Assembly (NCBI GenBank): GCA_965242885.1
Contig: CBDETH010000008.1
Span: 461,537 to 525,536, forward strand
Direction of reading: 5' to 3'
Length of the DNA: 64,000 bases
Origin: a bacterium
Lineage (GTDB): Bacteria > JAAXHH01
Positions 50,946-61,491 of the stretch are shown one piece after another. Within the stretch, counting starts at the first letter, position 1, and each line of letters opens with the position of its first letter. A model generated the notes under the pieces. That model saw only the letters and a program-made list of their open reading frames with translations. It did no database searches and had not been told where the DNA came from. Position numbers and translations under genes: made by a program.

Positions 50946-52256
50946 ATGTCTGGAAACGTATACGAGCCCGATGAGTTGAACCGGCTGTACCGGAAGGGCG
51001 GCGATCCCGTCGACGACGGGCGCTTCCGGCTACGCCGCCCGCGTTTCGAGTCCCGCTGGACCGGCCTGCTGCTGCCGGAGGACCGGGACATCGAAGAGAA
51101 CCGCGGTTTCAACTACCTCATGGTGGAACCGGTCGATCTGCCCGCGGCGGGCGCCGGCGAGGTCCTGGTCATCTTCCACGGGCTGAACGAGGGCAGCTAC
51201 GCCAGGATGCTGCCCTGGGCCGGCAGCTTCGCCCTGCGGCTCGGTATCCCCGTGATCCTCTTCCCCCTGTCCTTCCACGTGGGGAGGCGATCGGACCTGT
51301 GGAGCGTGCAGGAGCAGACCCGGATCGCCGCCCGCCGTACCGCCATGGCCGGCAACGGCCGGACCAGCCCCTTCAACGGCCGGATCAGCGAAAGACTGGA
51401 CCGGGCGCCCGAACGGTACTGCCTGGGCGGGCTGCAGTCCTGCTTCGACGCCGCGGACCTGGTCGCGTGCATAGAATCGGGCGATCATGCATCCTGCAGG
51501 ACCGGGGCGCGTGCGCGCTTCCTGGGTTACTCGGCGGGCGGCTACCTCGCCCTGGTCCTGTTGCTGGCCGATCCCTTCGGACAGTTCTCCGATGCGCGGA
51601 CCGCCCTCTTCGCGTCCGGCGCACCCCTCGCCGGCATCCGGCCCGAAAGCCTGTTCATCATGGACGATTCGGCCGCGAAGGGGCTGTCGGCGTACCTTCG
51701 CGACGGGTCGTTCCCGGCCGGGCTACCGGCGCGCGATGCAGTCGACGACCGACACGGTAACCCGGTCGATGGCCGCCAAGGTAACCCGGGCGATGGCCGC
51801 CAAGGCAACCCGGGCGATGGCCGCCAAGGCAACCCGGTCGATGGCGGCCACCGCCAGCTGGTCGGTAGCCGCCACCGCCAACTGGTCGATGCCCCACTAC
51901 GCTGGTTGAAGGAGGTGCTGTTTCACGGAGACGCCCTGGAAGCGCGCATGAATGACCTGCAGGACCGGTTGCTGTTGGTCGTCAATCCCGCCGACCGGGT
52001 CATATCCGCCGACCAGGCGGAACGGAACCTGCATCCGGCGCCCGCCCTGCGCCTCGACCTGGGCGTGCACGAGTTCCCCTTCACCACGGGAGAACCCTTG
52101 CCGGACCGCTACGACCGGCGCGCAAAGGAGACCCGTTCCATGATCAGGAACGTCCGGAATGCCCACCGCATCGGGCCGGAATACCGATCCGCCTTCGATC
52201 GATTCATCCACGAAGTATCGGCTTTCCTGTTCCCGGGCCCGTCAAAACCGGCTTGA
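50946..52256 (+). CDS. Alpha/beta-hydrolase-like protein (DUF6051-like) with a 24-bp repeat insertion
   Basis: FHGLNE, ILFPLSFH, GYSAGG nucleophile elbow, D and HEFPF. GNP(G/V)DGRQ x4 at ~51757-51850. Confidence 0.7.
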   Translation: MSGNVYEPDELNRLYRKGGDPVDDGRFRLRRPRFESRWTGLLLPEDRDIEENRGFNYLMVEPVDLPAAGAGEVLVIFHGLNEGSYARMLPWAGSFALRLGIPVILFPLSFHVGRRSDLWSVQEQTRIAARRTAMAGNGRTSPFNGRISERLDRAPERYCLGGLQSCFDAADLVACIESGDHASCRTGARARFLGYSAGGYLALVLLLADPFGQFSDARTALFASGAPLAGIRPESLFIMDDSAAKGLSAYLRDGSFPAGLPARDAVDDRHGNPVDGRQGNPGDGRQGNPGDGRQGNPVDGGHRQLVGSRHRQLVDAPLRWLKEVLFHGDALEARMNDLQDRLLLVVNPADRVISADQAERNLHPAPALRLDLGVHEFPFTTGEPLPDRYDRRAKETRSMIRNVRNAHRIGPEYRSAFDRFIHEVSAFLFPGPSKPA

Positions 52257-52432
52257 CAACGGTCCGATTCGCCCGTTATCTAACAGTATATAAGATAACC
52301 TATTGTAAATAAGAAACGTTACACACGCAATCCGCGTCGGTTGACCTAAGGGGTAAGCATTAGTTTAAATCGCCCCGTAACCCTGTCAAGCGCGTTCAGG
52401 CCCCCAGTCGGGCCGGCGCGGCGAGTGTCCCG

Positions 52433-54688
52433 ATGACTGCCACGGTTGAAAACGCCCTGACCCATTCCTCGATCGTTCCGGTCCAGGTACTGCTGGAGCA
52501 GTACGCCATTTCCCATCCGGAAATCGACTCCGACGAGGCGCTGGAAGCCCAGTTGGACCTCATCGAAAGGGCCTATCATTTCAGCACCCTGCACCACGCG
52601 GGCCAGGTCCGCAAGTCGGGCGAGCCCTTCATGGTGCACTGCACGCAGGTGGTGCTTACGCTGATCGGCCTGCAGCTGGACGCCGTGACGATCGCGGCGG
52701 GGCTCCTGCACGACGTGGTGGAAGACGTGGAAGAGGTGACCATCGAACAACTGGCCGCGGAATTCGGCGAGGAAGTGGCCGTCCTGGTGAACGGCGTCAC
52801 CAAGATCACCGGGCTGTCCTTCAGAAGCCAGGAGGAACTGCAGGCCGAGTACTTCCGCAAGATGCTCGTTTCCATGGCGAAGGACGTGCGCATCATCCTC
52901 ATCAAGCTCGCGGACCGGCTCCACAACATGCGGACGCTGTCCTTCCTGGAAGAGGAGAAACAGCAGCGGATCTCCCTCGAAACGCGGGAGATCTACGCGC
53001 CGCTCGCCCACCGGTTCGGCATGGCCAAGATCAAGTCCGAACTGGAAGACCTCAGCCTGAAATACCTGTCTCCCGACGTCTACCGGGACCTCGCGAGCAA
53101 GCTGGACCAGAAGCGGGCGGAACGGGAGAAGCTGATCGACGAGATCCGCCAGCCCATCGTCAAGGCCCTGAAGGACGCGGGCATTGACGCCACGGTGAAC
53201 GGCCGGGCAAAGCATTTCTACAGCATCTTCACGAAGATGCAGCGCCGCAACCGGCCTTTCGAGGAGATCTACGACCTGCTGGCGCTGCGCGTCGTGACCG
53301 ACACGGTGCCCAACTGCTACCACGCGCTCGGGATCATACATACCCTCTACACCCCCATCTTCGACCGCTTCAAAGACTACGTTTCCCGTCCCAAGATGAA
53401 CATGTACCAGTCCCTGCATACCACGATCATCGCGTCCAACGGGGAAACGGCCGAGATCCAGATCCGCACGCGGGAAATGGACCGGATCGCGGAAGTAGGG
53501 ATCGCTGCCCACTGGCTGTACAAAGAAGGCAGGGAGGAAGTCCAGGACGGTGAGGGCCGGGAAGACTGGCTCAGCCAGGCGCTGGACTGGCAGACCGACA
53601 TGACCGATCCGAAGGAGTTCATGAGCTACCTTCGCATGGACCTGTACGACGACGCCATCTTCGTCTTCACCCCGCGCGGAGATCTCAAGGAACTGCCGCA
53701 GGGCGCCAGCGTGCTTGACTTCGCCTTCGCCATTCACACCGACATCGGACTCCACTGCAGCGGGGCGAAGGTGAACGGCAACATCGCGCCGCTGGCCGGG
53801 AAGCTGCAAAACGGCGATACGGTCACTATTTTCACCTCCCCGCACCAGACGCCGAGTTCGTACTGGCTGGACATCGTCAAGACGACCAAGGCGTCCTCCA
53901 AGATCCGGTCGTGGTTCAGAAAGGCCACGCTGGAACAGAGCATCAGCCTCGGCGAAGACCTGTTGGACCGGGAACTGAAACGGCTCAAGGTCAAGCGCAA
54001 GGTGTCCGACGAACTGGAGGCCCTTGCGAAGGAGTACGGGTTGCCCGACGCGAATCGCCTTTATGCCGCGATAGGACGGGGAGAGTATTCCGCGGCCCAG
54101 GTCGCCCAGAAGCTGCTTCCGGAGGAGCCTTCCGAGGAAGAACCGCCCAAAGAGTCGGTGCTGACGCGGTTCGTGGACCGGGTGCGCCGGTCCCGGGGCG
54201 GGGTCAAAGTCACGGGCATCGACAACCTCATGATACGCTTCGCACAGTGCTGCCAGCCGGTCCCGGGCGATCCGATCATCGGCTTCATCACCCGCGGGCG
54301 CGGCGTGACGGTGCATAACAAGGAATGCGCCAACATCGTGGACGACCTGGAGCGGCGCCTCGAGGTGCACTGGGATGTGGAGAAGGACCAGTTCTTCATC
54401 GTCGGCCTGCGCATCTTCGGCTCCGACCGGCCCGGCCTGCTCAACGAGATCTCCCGGACGATTACCGACGCCGGCATCAACATTACCCACGCCGCGATGG
54501 ACACCACGGACGGGATGGCGGACGGTAATTTCGGCATCGAGGTGGAACATCTCAGCCAGCTGGACCGACTGATCGTCCGCATAAAGAAGATCAAGGGCGT
54601 GGACCGGGTGGAACGGGAAACGGGCGTAAAGTACGGCAACGTGTCGGAGGACGTCTTCGACCACCTCGAGCAGGATCCCGGCCATTGA
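52433..54688 (+). CDS. spoT: Bifunctional (p)ppGpp synthetase/hydrolase (Rel/SpoT)
   Basis: HD domain (LLHDVVED, KLADRLHNMRTL), synthetase domain (YQSLHTT, EIQIRT), TGS (DFAFAIHT), CCQPVPGD and ACT. Confidence 0.95.
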   Translation: MTATVENALTHSSIVPVQVLLEQYAISHPEIDSDEALEAQLDLIERAYHFSTLHHAGQVRKSGEPFMVHCTQVVLTLIGLQLDAVTIAAGLLHDVVEDVEEVTIEQLAAEFGEEVAVLVNGVTKITGLSFRSQEELQAEYFRKMLVSMAKDVRIILIKLADRLHNMRTLSFLEEEKQQRISLETREIYAPLAHRFGMAKIKSELEDLSLKYLSPDVYRDLASKLDQKRAEREKLIDEIRQPIVKALKDAGIDATVNGRAKHFYSIFTKMQRRNRPFEEIYDLLALRVVTDTVPNCYHALGIIHTLYTPIFDRFKDYVSRPKMNMYQSLHTTIIASNGETAEIQIRTREMDRIAEVGIAAHWLYKEGREEVQDGEGREDWLSQALDWQTDMTDPKEFMSYLRMDLYDDAIFVFTPRGDLKELPQGASVLDFAFAIHTDIGLHCSGAKVNGNIAPLAGKLQNGDTVTIFTSPHQTPSSYWLDIVKTTKASSKIRSWFRKATLEQSISLGEDLLDRELKRLKVKRKVSDELEALAKEYGLPDANRLYAAIGRGEYSAAQVAQKLLPEEPSEEEPPKESVLTRFVDRVRRSRGGVKVTGIDNLMIRFAQCCQPVPGDPIIGFITRGRGVTVHNKECANIVDDLERRLEVHWDVEKDQFFIVGLRIFGSDRPGLLNEISRTITDAGINITHAAMDTTDGMADGNFGIEVEHLSQLDRLIVRIKKIKGVDRVERETGVKYGNVSEDVFDHLEQDPGH

Positions 54689-55956
54689 CCTCTGACGATT
54701 ACATCGGGGACGATCCCGTATCGCGCAGGGACTTCCTCCGCGGCGGCCTGGCGGGTGCGGCCGGAGTAGCGGGCGCGGCCACGTTGGGAGGCCTGGCGGG
54801 CGCGGACGCGTTGGCGGCGGGACTTCATTCAAGGGAAGCGGTTGCGGCCCAGCTTGCGGGCCGCCGTCCCGCGGACGTCAAAAGCGTGGGGCTCGAGCCG
54901 GGCCGGGTGCGGCTGGCCTTCAACGAGAATCCCCTGGGCGCCTCCCCCGCGGCCATAGAAGCCGTGCTGAAGCACCAGGACTGGATGAACCGGTACGACT
55001 ACACGACGACGCTGCAGCAGGCCATCATCCGGCACCACGACCTGGACATTCCCCGCCCATCGGGCTTCGATTTCAAGGCCACCGGCGACCGCCACGGCCT
55101 GATGCTGGGCGTAGGGACGACCGAGCTGCTCCAGATCCTGGCCCTGCAGGCCCTGATGAAGCACGGCGAAGTCGTGGAAGCCCTCCCCTCCTACGGCCAG
55201 ATCACGCGCGTCGGCGACGAACTTCGCGACGCGGGCCACGCCGTGCAGGCGCGCACGTCGCCCGTCCTGCCCGACGGAAACCACGATCTCGACGACATGG
55301 GCCGGCAGATCGGCGACCGCACCGGCCTGGTCATCATCTGCAACCCCCACAACCCCACCGGGGCGCTGTTGCCCCATGGCCAGATCCTGAATTTCATCGA
55401 CCGGGTGCCGCCCCATGTCCTCGTGGCCATCGACGAGGTCTATGTTGATTTCGTCCGTGATCCGGCGTACCAGGATTTCATCGAGGTCGCGAAGGAACGG
55501 GAAAACGTAATCGTGCTCCGGACTTTCTCCAAGGTGTATGGTCTCGGGGGCATCCGCGTGGGCTACGCCGTCGCTCACCGTGACGTAATCTACCGGCTGG
55601 CGCCTTTCTCCATGGGCCTCCTGGGCCGGAACGTCCTGTCCGTCCACGCTGCCGCCGCGGCCCTGGGCGACGAGGAGCACGTCCGGCGGTCCCGACAGGC
55701 CGTATGGGACGGGAACGACTACCTGACCGCCGAGCTGGAGCGGCTCGGTGCCCGGGTCATACCCAGCCACGCGTGTTTTCTCTGGGCCGACTTCGGCCGG
55801 GAGACGCAGCGGATCGTCCGCCAGCTTTGGTCCAGGCGAGTCATGGTCCGCGCGGGCGCCGGCCAGTGGGCCTCACCGAACCACATCCGCGTTTCGACGG
55901 GTTCGAGGGAAGAAAATGAAGCCTTTATCTGGTCACTTGAACGGACCCTCGGATAA
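54685..55956 (+). CDS. HisC-like PLP aminotransferase (class I/II) with a Tat signal peptide
   Basis: SRRDFLRG twin-arginine motif, FNENPLG, CNPHNPTG, DEVY and RTFSKVYGLGGIRVGY. Confidence 0.85.
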   Translation: MTSDDYIGDDPVSRRDFLRGGLAGAAGVAGAATLGGLAGADALAAGLHSREAVAAQLAGRRPADVKSVGLEPGRVRLAFNENPLGASPAAIEAVLKHQDWMNRYDYTTTLQQAIIRHHDLDIPRPSGFDFKATGDRHGLMLGVGTTELLQILALQALMKHGEVVEALPSYGQITRVGDELRDAGHAVQARTSPVLPDGNHDLDDMGRQIGDRTGLVIICNPHNPTGALLPHGQILNFIDRVPPHVLVAIDEVYVDFVRDPAYQDFIEVAKERENVIVLRTFSKVYGLGGIRVGYAVAHRDVIYRLAPFSMGLLGRNVLSVHAAAAALGDEEHVRRSRQAVWDGNDYLTAELERLGARVIPSHACFLWADFGRETQRIVRQLWSRRVMVRAGAGQWASPNHIRVSTGSREENEAFIWSLERTLG

Positions 55957-56791
55957 GCCGGCCTCATCGACCCCGGCATCTCTGCTCGACCATGGCACGC
56001 CCGGGCACGGGAATGCGTATCGCGCCGGGGCTCCCCGGATCAGCGTCATCATCCCCACACTCAACGAGGCATCGACGATCGAGGAATGTTTGAGTCAGTT
56101 CGACGGTGATTCGGTGCGTCCTGACGAGTCGACCGGTCCGAACGGTCCGACCGGTCCGCCAGGTTCGGCCGCTCCGACCGGTCCGACCAGCCTGGAAATC
56201 ATCGTCGTGGACGGTGGAAGCGACGATGGCACGCCGGAGATCGTCCGCTCGTGGCCGGGGGCGAGACTCATCAAATCCAACCTGCGGGGCAGGGCGATCC
56301 AGATGAACGCGGGCGCTACGGCCTCGTCAGGGGACGTGCTGCTGTTCCTTCACGCCGATACCCGGCTTCCGGCCGGCTGGCGGGAGCTCGTGGCCGAATC
56401 GATCCGCGGACGGGGCAAGGCCGGAGGACGATTCCGTTTCGACATCGCCCATGGGAAGCGGATATACCGGTGGATCGCGGGGGGCACCAATTTCCGGTCG
56501 CGATTTCTGGGCATTACATACGGAGACCAGGCGATCTATACCACACGGGAGGCCTTCGAGGCGGTGGGGGGATTTCCCGGGATTCCGGTCTTTGAAGACG
56601 CCCGTTTCGCCGACCGGTTGAAGAATGCCGGCGGCCTGGACTGGATCGACGAAGCCGTGCTGACGTCCGCGCGGCGCTGGGAACGCCGCGGTCCGGTGCG
56701 CACGCTGCTGCTGACCTGGCTGTTGCGCCTGCTCTATATCCTATTTGTTCCGCCCAGGTTCCTGGCGCGGTTCTACGGGGTGGTGAGGTGA
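55916..56791 (+). CDS. Family 2 glycosyltransferase (TIGR04283-like); start uncertain
   Basis: ISVIIPTLNE, VVDGGSDDGT, GRAIQMNAGA, LLFLHADT, YGDQA and TSARRW. Confidence 0.82.
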   Translation: MKPLSGHLNGPSDKPASSTPASLLDHGTPGHGNAYRAGAPRISVIIPTLNEASTIEECLSQFDGDSVRPDESTGPNGPTGPPGSAAPTGPTSLEIIVVDGGSDDGTPEIVRSWPGARLIKSNLRGRAIQMNAGATASSGDVLLFLHADTRLPAGWRELVAESIRGRGKAGGRFRFDIAHGKRIYRWIAGGTNFRSRFLGITYGDQAIYTTREAFEAVGGFPGIPVFEDARFADRLKNAGGLDWIDEAVLTSARRWERRGPVRTLLLTWLLRLLYILFVPPRFLARFYGVVR

Positions 56792-56819
56792 CGGCTTTAC
56801 CCAGGTTGCCTGAACGGTA

Positions 56820-57824
56820 CTAGCGGAAATCAGCGAACGTGACTTCGAGCAGCGCCGCAAAAATCACCGCTACCAGGCAGGTAACCACGACCAGCACGCA
56901 CATGCGGCGCAGGTCTCCTGACTGGCCGCCTTCCGGATCGCCTTCGTCGCCGATCCAGATCTCCGTAACCAGCTTTCCGTCCTGCCATATCGGCCCGATC
57001 AGCCGCCGCTGCACAGCGCCTGCCGCCGCCGCTTCGCTCCAGCCGGAGTTCGGACCCGGAATCAGTGCGTGCTGCCGCCAGCCTACCGACAGCGCCTTGC
57101 GGCTCGAATATCCGGGCAGTAGCAACGCGACCCCCGCCATCAGCAGCCAGGTGAGCCGGGCGGGCAGGAGATTGAACAGGTCGTCCAGCCGCGCCCCGCA
57201 CCAGCCGAAGCGCGCGTACCGGGGCGTCCGGTACCCCACCATGGAATCCATCGTGCTGATCACCTTGTAGAGCACGATGCCCGGCAACCCCAGCAGGGCA
57301 TACCAAAACAGCGGCGCGATGAACCCGTCCACCGCATTCTCGCTCAGGCTCTCCATGCCCGCCCGCCGGCAGGCCGCGGCGTCCATGGCGGACGTATCCC
57401 GGCCGACCAGCATGGACACGGCCCGTCTCGCGCCTTCCAGGTCCCCGGCGCGATCGATGGCCATGCCGTGCCGGCACAGGTCCCGGAGCGCCACCATGCT
57501 GTAAATCAGGAAAACCTGGTAGACCCCGTTTAGCGCCGGATGCAGACCGTTCAGCCACAGGACCAACGCCGCGCTGACGCCAACCCAGAACGCAGCGAGC
57601 ACCACGAACAGCATGCACCCGCCCGCGTACCCGTCCAGCCCGATCCGGCGGAGCATGCGCTCCAAACCCGTAAGCGTATGGCCCATCAGGCGTACCGGGT
57701 GCCACCGGTAGACCGGATCCCCCAGGATGCCGTCCAGTACCACCGCGCACAGGAGCAGAACGGGATCCGGAGCGAGTGCCGTCAGGTCCGGTGCGAGTGC
57801 CGTCAGGTCCATTTCAGGCGCCAT
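56820..57824 (-). CDS. cbiB: Adenosylcobinamide-phosphate synthase CbiB/CobD
   Basis: GDP...HPV..MG, LVGRDT, ESLSENAVDG, TMDSMVGY, ARLDD and PNSGWSEAA. Confidence 0.92.
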   Translation of the reverse strand: MAPEMDLTALAPDLTALAPDPVLLLCAVVLDGILGDPVYRWHPVRLMGHTLTGLERMLRRIGLDGYAGGCMLFVVLAAFWVGVSAALVLWLNGLHPALNGVYQVFLIYSMVALRDLCRHGMAIDRAGDLEGARRAVSMLVGRDTSAMDAAACRRAGMESLSENAVDGFIAPLFWYALLGLPGIVLYKVISTMDSMVGYRTPRYARFGWCGARLDDLFNLLPARLTWLLMAGVALLLPGYSSRKALSVGWRQHALIPGPNSGWSEAAAAGAVQRRLIGPIWQDGKLVTEIWIGDEGDPEGGQSGDLRRMCVLVVVTCLVAVIFAALLEVTFADFR

Positions 57825-58942
57825 CCCAGGGCTATCGCGTCGTAGACGGCATCCAGCAACGCGTCTTCATGGACGGCAAGCTGTTCGTAACAGGCCGGCC
57901 AGGCCTCCGGTTTCGCCGCGACGGCGGAGGCCAGTACGGCGGCCTGCTGTCTCAGCAGCGGGGCGGCCAGTTCGGTAGAAAGGGTCCCGTACCTCACGCG
58001 GTCCCAGATCGCCGCATAGGCGTATGCGGCGGCCGAAACACCCGGATCGTGGACGACCGACCGGATGTTCCTGTCCAGAAGCGCGTATTCTTCCGCGCCC
58101 AGGCGGCTTTCCATGGCGGGCAGAAACCCGTCGGTTTTGAACCCGTATCGTTTCAACGCGTGATAAAGGCTGCGCGTGCCGGACGCTTCCAGTCCGTTCT
58201 GCCACCTCAGCGCCTCCAGGGTCGCCCGGCGGACGGACCTGCCGATCAATTCGCCCAGTTTCGCGTGGTGACCCGCCCTGGCCTTGGACCGTTTCGCCTC
58301 GTCCAGTGGAGCGGCAATACAGTACTGGTCCGTGCCCGTTCCGGTCGCCAGGTCCTGGGAGTACCGGCTTGAAACGGCCAGATCCTGGAGCGCCGCCGAC
58401 TTGCCCTCGGTCATGGTGACGACCGCGCGGGCCATGGCGCCGGGCGTAAGCGGCCAGTTGACCAGCAGCATCGTGTTGATCGTTCCGTCGTGGGGATGTC
58501 TCTCGTGGGGATGTCTCTCCATCTGCCCGGATTCCGCTTCATGCCAGTCCGCGGGATCGCCCGCGCAGCCGGCGTTACCCTCGACCCCGGCGGTCACGAC
58601 GGCGCATACGCGCAGTTCCGCGAAAGTCTCCACGATCCGGGCCGCGTAGTTCATGTTCGCGGCCGTGCCCATCATCGCGACGGCATCCGGTTCGAGCCCA
58701 AGCTCCTTGCACACGTGGTGGTGGTATCCCGTCTCGCCGAGACCCAACATCCATTCGAAACGATCCAGGTGGCCCTGACCCTCGACGCTCTGGTGGTTGA
58801 CGAGAAAACGGACGCGGTCGGTCATTCCGCCGCTGCAGGCCGAGGTACTCAGCACCTGGTGGGGGGTGCGCAATGCGGTTACGAGGAAACGTCCGTCTTT
58901 CTTGAGCAGGTAATGCTCGTGGCGGTCGAGGATTTCTTCCAT
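57803..58942 (-). CDS. cbiZ: Adenosylcobinamide amidohydrolase
   Basis: MGTAANM, VTAGVEGNA, GTIN, TEGKSAAL and ATGTGTD. Confidence 0.88.
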   Translation of the reverse strand: MEEILDRHEHYLLKKDGRFLVTALRTPHQVLSTSACSGGMTDRVRFLVNHQSVEGQGHLDRFEWMLGLGETGYHHHVCKELGLEPDAVAMMGTAANMNYAARIVETFAELRVCAVVTAGVEGNAGCAGDPADWHEAESGQMERHPHERHPHDGTINTMLLVNWPLTPGAMARAVVTMTEGKSAALQDLAVSSRYSQDLATGTGTDQYCIAAPLDEAKRSKARAGHHAKLGELIGRSVRRATLEALRWQNGLEASGTRSLYHALKRYGFKTDGFLPAMESRLGAEEYALLDRNIRSVVHDPGVSAAAYAYAAIWDRVRYGTLSTELAAPLLRQQAAVLASAVAAKPEAWPACYEQLAVHEDALLDAVYDAIALGWRLKWT

Positions 58943-58943
58943 C

Positions 58944-59507
58944 CTACAACCTGCTGTCCCAAAGCGGTTCCTCGACGCCCCGTTCCTTGTTTTCATATCG
59001 TGACATGACGAAAAGCAGGTCGGAGAGACGGTTCAGGTAGGCCAGCACGTAGTCCCCGATCCCTTCTTCGCGGGACAGGGCCGCCACTTCCCGTTCCGCG
59101 CGACGACAGACCGTCCGCGCCAGGTGGAGGTACGCGGCGCCCGGGCACCCGCCGGGCAAGATGAAGTTCTCGAGCCGTCCGACGATGGGATTCAACTCGT
59201 CGATGATCGCTTCGAGTTTCTCGACGTGCCGGGCTTCGATCAGCGGGATCTGGTACTTCACCTTGTCCTCTTCGGTGAAGCACAGGTCCGATCCCAGGTG
59301 GAAGAGTTCGTTCTGAATGGCCGGCAGCGTTTCGGCCAGCCGGGGTGCCAGTCCGTGCGCCAGTGCGATACCGATGACGGAATCGAGCTCGTCCACGGTG
59401 CCGTAGCTCGCCACGCGGGGCGACTCCTTGGGTACGCGCTGGCGGCTTCCGAGGGCAGTGGTCCCGTCGTCGCCTTTGCGGGTGTAGATTTTCGTAAGCC
59501 TGGGCAT
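58944..59507 (-). CDS. pduO: PduO-type cob(I)alamin adenosyltransferase
   Basis: [35 protein letters not shown] and YLNRLSD. Confidence 0.92.
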   Translation of the reverse strand: MPRLTKIYTRKGDDGTTALGSRQRVPKESPRVASYGTVDELDSVIGIALAHGLAPRLAETLPAIQNELFHLGSDLCFTEEDKVKYQIPLIEARHVEKLEAIIDELNPIVGRLENFILPGGCPGAAYLHLARTVCRRAEREVAALSREEGIGDYVLAYLNRLSDLLFVMSRYENKERGVEEPLWDSRL

Positions 59508-59596
59508 GCGATCTCCTTGATTCGGATACGGCGTGGTTGTTGAAGAAGGTGTCGCCGGTCCAATCCGGCGCGCTCGTTTCAGTCCGGCGCCGCCAA

Positions 59597-60613
59597 TCAC
59601 ACCCGCCGTTGCCGGTGCAGCAGGTACAGAAAGAACGGGGCGCCGAGTAATGTGGTCAGGATGCCAATGGGCATTTCGGCGGGTGCCATGGCCGTCCGGG
59701 CGACCAGGTCGGCCAGCACCAGCAGCAGGGCGCCGGCCAGGGCGGCCATGGGCGTCAGGATGCGGTAATCGGGACCTACGATCAGCCGGACCATGTGCGG
59801 CGCCAGCAGACCCACGAAACCGATGATGCCGCTCACCGATACCGCGGCCGCGGCGAGGCAGGCGGCCGCCGTCAGCAGGATCAGTTTGACCCGTTCGACG
59901 TGCACGCCCAGCTGGGACGCTTGCTCATCCCCCAGCAGCAGCACGTTCAGTTCCCGCGCGTATACGAGGACGACGGTCAGACCGACCGCCGCGTAGGGCA
60001 CCAGCATCCAGACGTGGTCCCACCTCCGGGCGGACAGGCTGCCCATCAGCCAGAAGAGCAGCTGCCGCTGGTTCTCGCCGCCCATCACGAGCATGTAGGA
60101 CGTGAAGGACGTCGCCATGGCCCCGATGGCGATGCCCGTCAGGAGCAGGGTGGTGGACGCCACGCGGCCTCCCCGGCGGGAAAAGGCGTACACCACCATG
60201 GTCACGGCCAGGGCACAGAGGAACGCCGCGATGGATACCGCGTTCAGCCCGAGCATCCAGAATTCCAGGTCCAGGGTCACCGCGACCGTGGCCCCCAGCG
60301 CGGCGCCGGCCGATATGCCCATGATATAGGGATCGGCCATGGGATTCTGGAAGAAACCCTGCATCACCCCGCCCGAACTGGCCAACGCGGCCCCAACGAG
60401 TATGGCCAGGAGGGTTCTGGGCAGGCGGATCTCCCAGACGATCGTGTCCGTCGCCGTCCTCGCCGTCTCGAGCGTGCCGCCAGGCCACAGGTGATCCGCA
60501 AGCACCCGCATCACGTCGCCGGCCGGTATATATACGGCGCCTACCCCCATGGAGAAGACACAGGCGGCGAATAGGATTACGGCCGTCAAGACCAGTATGA
60601 GGGGTCGTTTCAT
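59597..60613 (-). CDS. btuC: BtuC/FecCD-family ABC permease (corrinoid uptake)
   Basis: [31 protein letters not shown] and IGFVGL. Located in a B12-riboswitch operon. Confidence 0.82.
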   Translation of the reverse strand: MKRPLILVLTAVILFAACVFSMGVGAVYIPAGDVMRVLADHLWPGGTLETARTATDTIVWEIRLPRTLLAILVGAALASSGGVMQGFFQNPMADPYIMGISAGAALGATVAVTLDLEFWMLGLNAVSIAAFLCALAVTMVVYAFSRRGGRVASTTLLLTGIAIGAMATSFTSYMLVMGGENQRQLLFWLMGSLSARRWDHVWMLVPYAAVGLTVVLVYARELNVLLLGDEQASQLGVHVERVKLILLTAAACLAAAAVSVSGIIGFVGLLAPHMVRLIVGPDYRILTPMAALAGALLLVLADLVARTAMAPAEMPIGILTTLLGAPFFLYLLHRQRRV

Positions 60614-60624
60614 CGTCAAGCCGG

Positions 60625-61434
60625 TCAGTCTCCCGGTTTCAGGATGATCTGTGGCGAGCCGGAATAGGGGCTTTTAATAACGGTCACATCGGTCTCGAAA
60701 ACCGCCTTGATGTGTCCCTGGGTAAGGATGTGCTCGGGCGGTCCGTCGGTATAGATACGTCCCTCTTTCAGCATCATCAGCCTGTGGCAGTACTCTGACG
60801 AGAGATTGAGGTCGTGGGACACGCACAGCACGGCGAGCCCGTCGCGGGCGCACACGTGGCGAAGCAGATCGAATATCTCGACCTGGTGGTTCAGGTCCAG
60901 GAAAGAAGTCGGTTCGTCCAGGAGCAGGATCGACGGCTGCTGCGCCAGTGCCCGGGCGATGATGACGCGCTGCCGTTCGCCGCCGGAGAGTTCGTGTATG
61001 GGGCGGTCCCTGAAGGCGAGGCAGTCGGTCCGCCGCATGGCTTCGATGGCGATTTCACGGTCTTCCGGACCTTCTCGACGGAAGCGCCGGAGGTGGGGCG
61101 TCCTGCCCATCATGACGACGTCCAGCGAGGAGAAGGCGAAGGTAACCGGCGTCTGCTGGGGAATGACGGCGACCTCGCGCGCGATCTCACGGACCGTGTA
61201 GTCCTGAAGCGGCGTACCGTAGAGCGCGATGCGTCCCCGGCTCAGCGGCAGAATCCGCGTAAGCGCGCGGATCAGCGTGCTCTTCCCCGAGCCGTTCGGT
61301 CCGATCACCCCCAGCATCTCGCCCTGGCGCAGGTCGAACGACAGGCCCTCCAGCACCGGGCGGCGATCGTAACCGCAGGAGAGGTTTTCTACTCGGATGG
61401 CGGTTTCCACCCCTTTGACGGTTTCCACGCTCAC
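60625..61434 (-). CDS. btuD: BtuD/FecE-family ABC ATPase
   Basis: GPNGSGKS, LSGGERQR, LLDEPT and SHDLN. Confidence 0.82.
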   Translation of the reverse strand: MSVETVKGVETAIRVENLSCGYDRRPVLEGLSFDLRQGEMLGVIGPNGSGKSTLIRALTRILPLSRGRIALYGTPLQDYTVREIAREVAVIPQQTPVTFAFSSLDVVMMGRTPHLRRFRREGPEDREIAIEAMRRTDCLAFRDRPIHELSGGERQRVIIARALAQQPSILLLDEPTSFLDLNHQVEIFDLLRHVCARDGLAVLCVSHDLNLSSEYCHRLMMLKEGRIYTDGPPEHILTQGHIKAVFETDVTVIKSPYSGSPQIILKPGD

Positions 61435-61457
61435 ACTGACTCATCCCTTTTACGCAC

Positions 61458-61491
61458 AAAAAAACCAGCCGCTCCGCAAGGAAAGGGCTGG
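61458..61491 (-). terminator. Riboswitch expression-platform terminator
   Basis: Minus strand CCAGCC...GGCTGG followed by T7, just before the btuD start. Confidence 0.75.

Noticed and set aside
55916-56791. Arsenosugar or selenosugar pathway implied by the TIGR04283-like glycosyltransferase
   Set aside because: The usual partner genes are not adjacent, so a pathway cannot be claimed.
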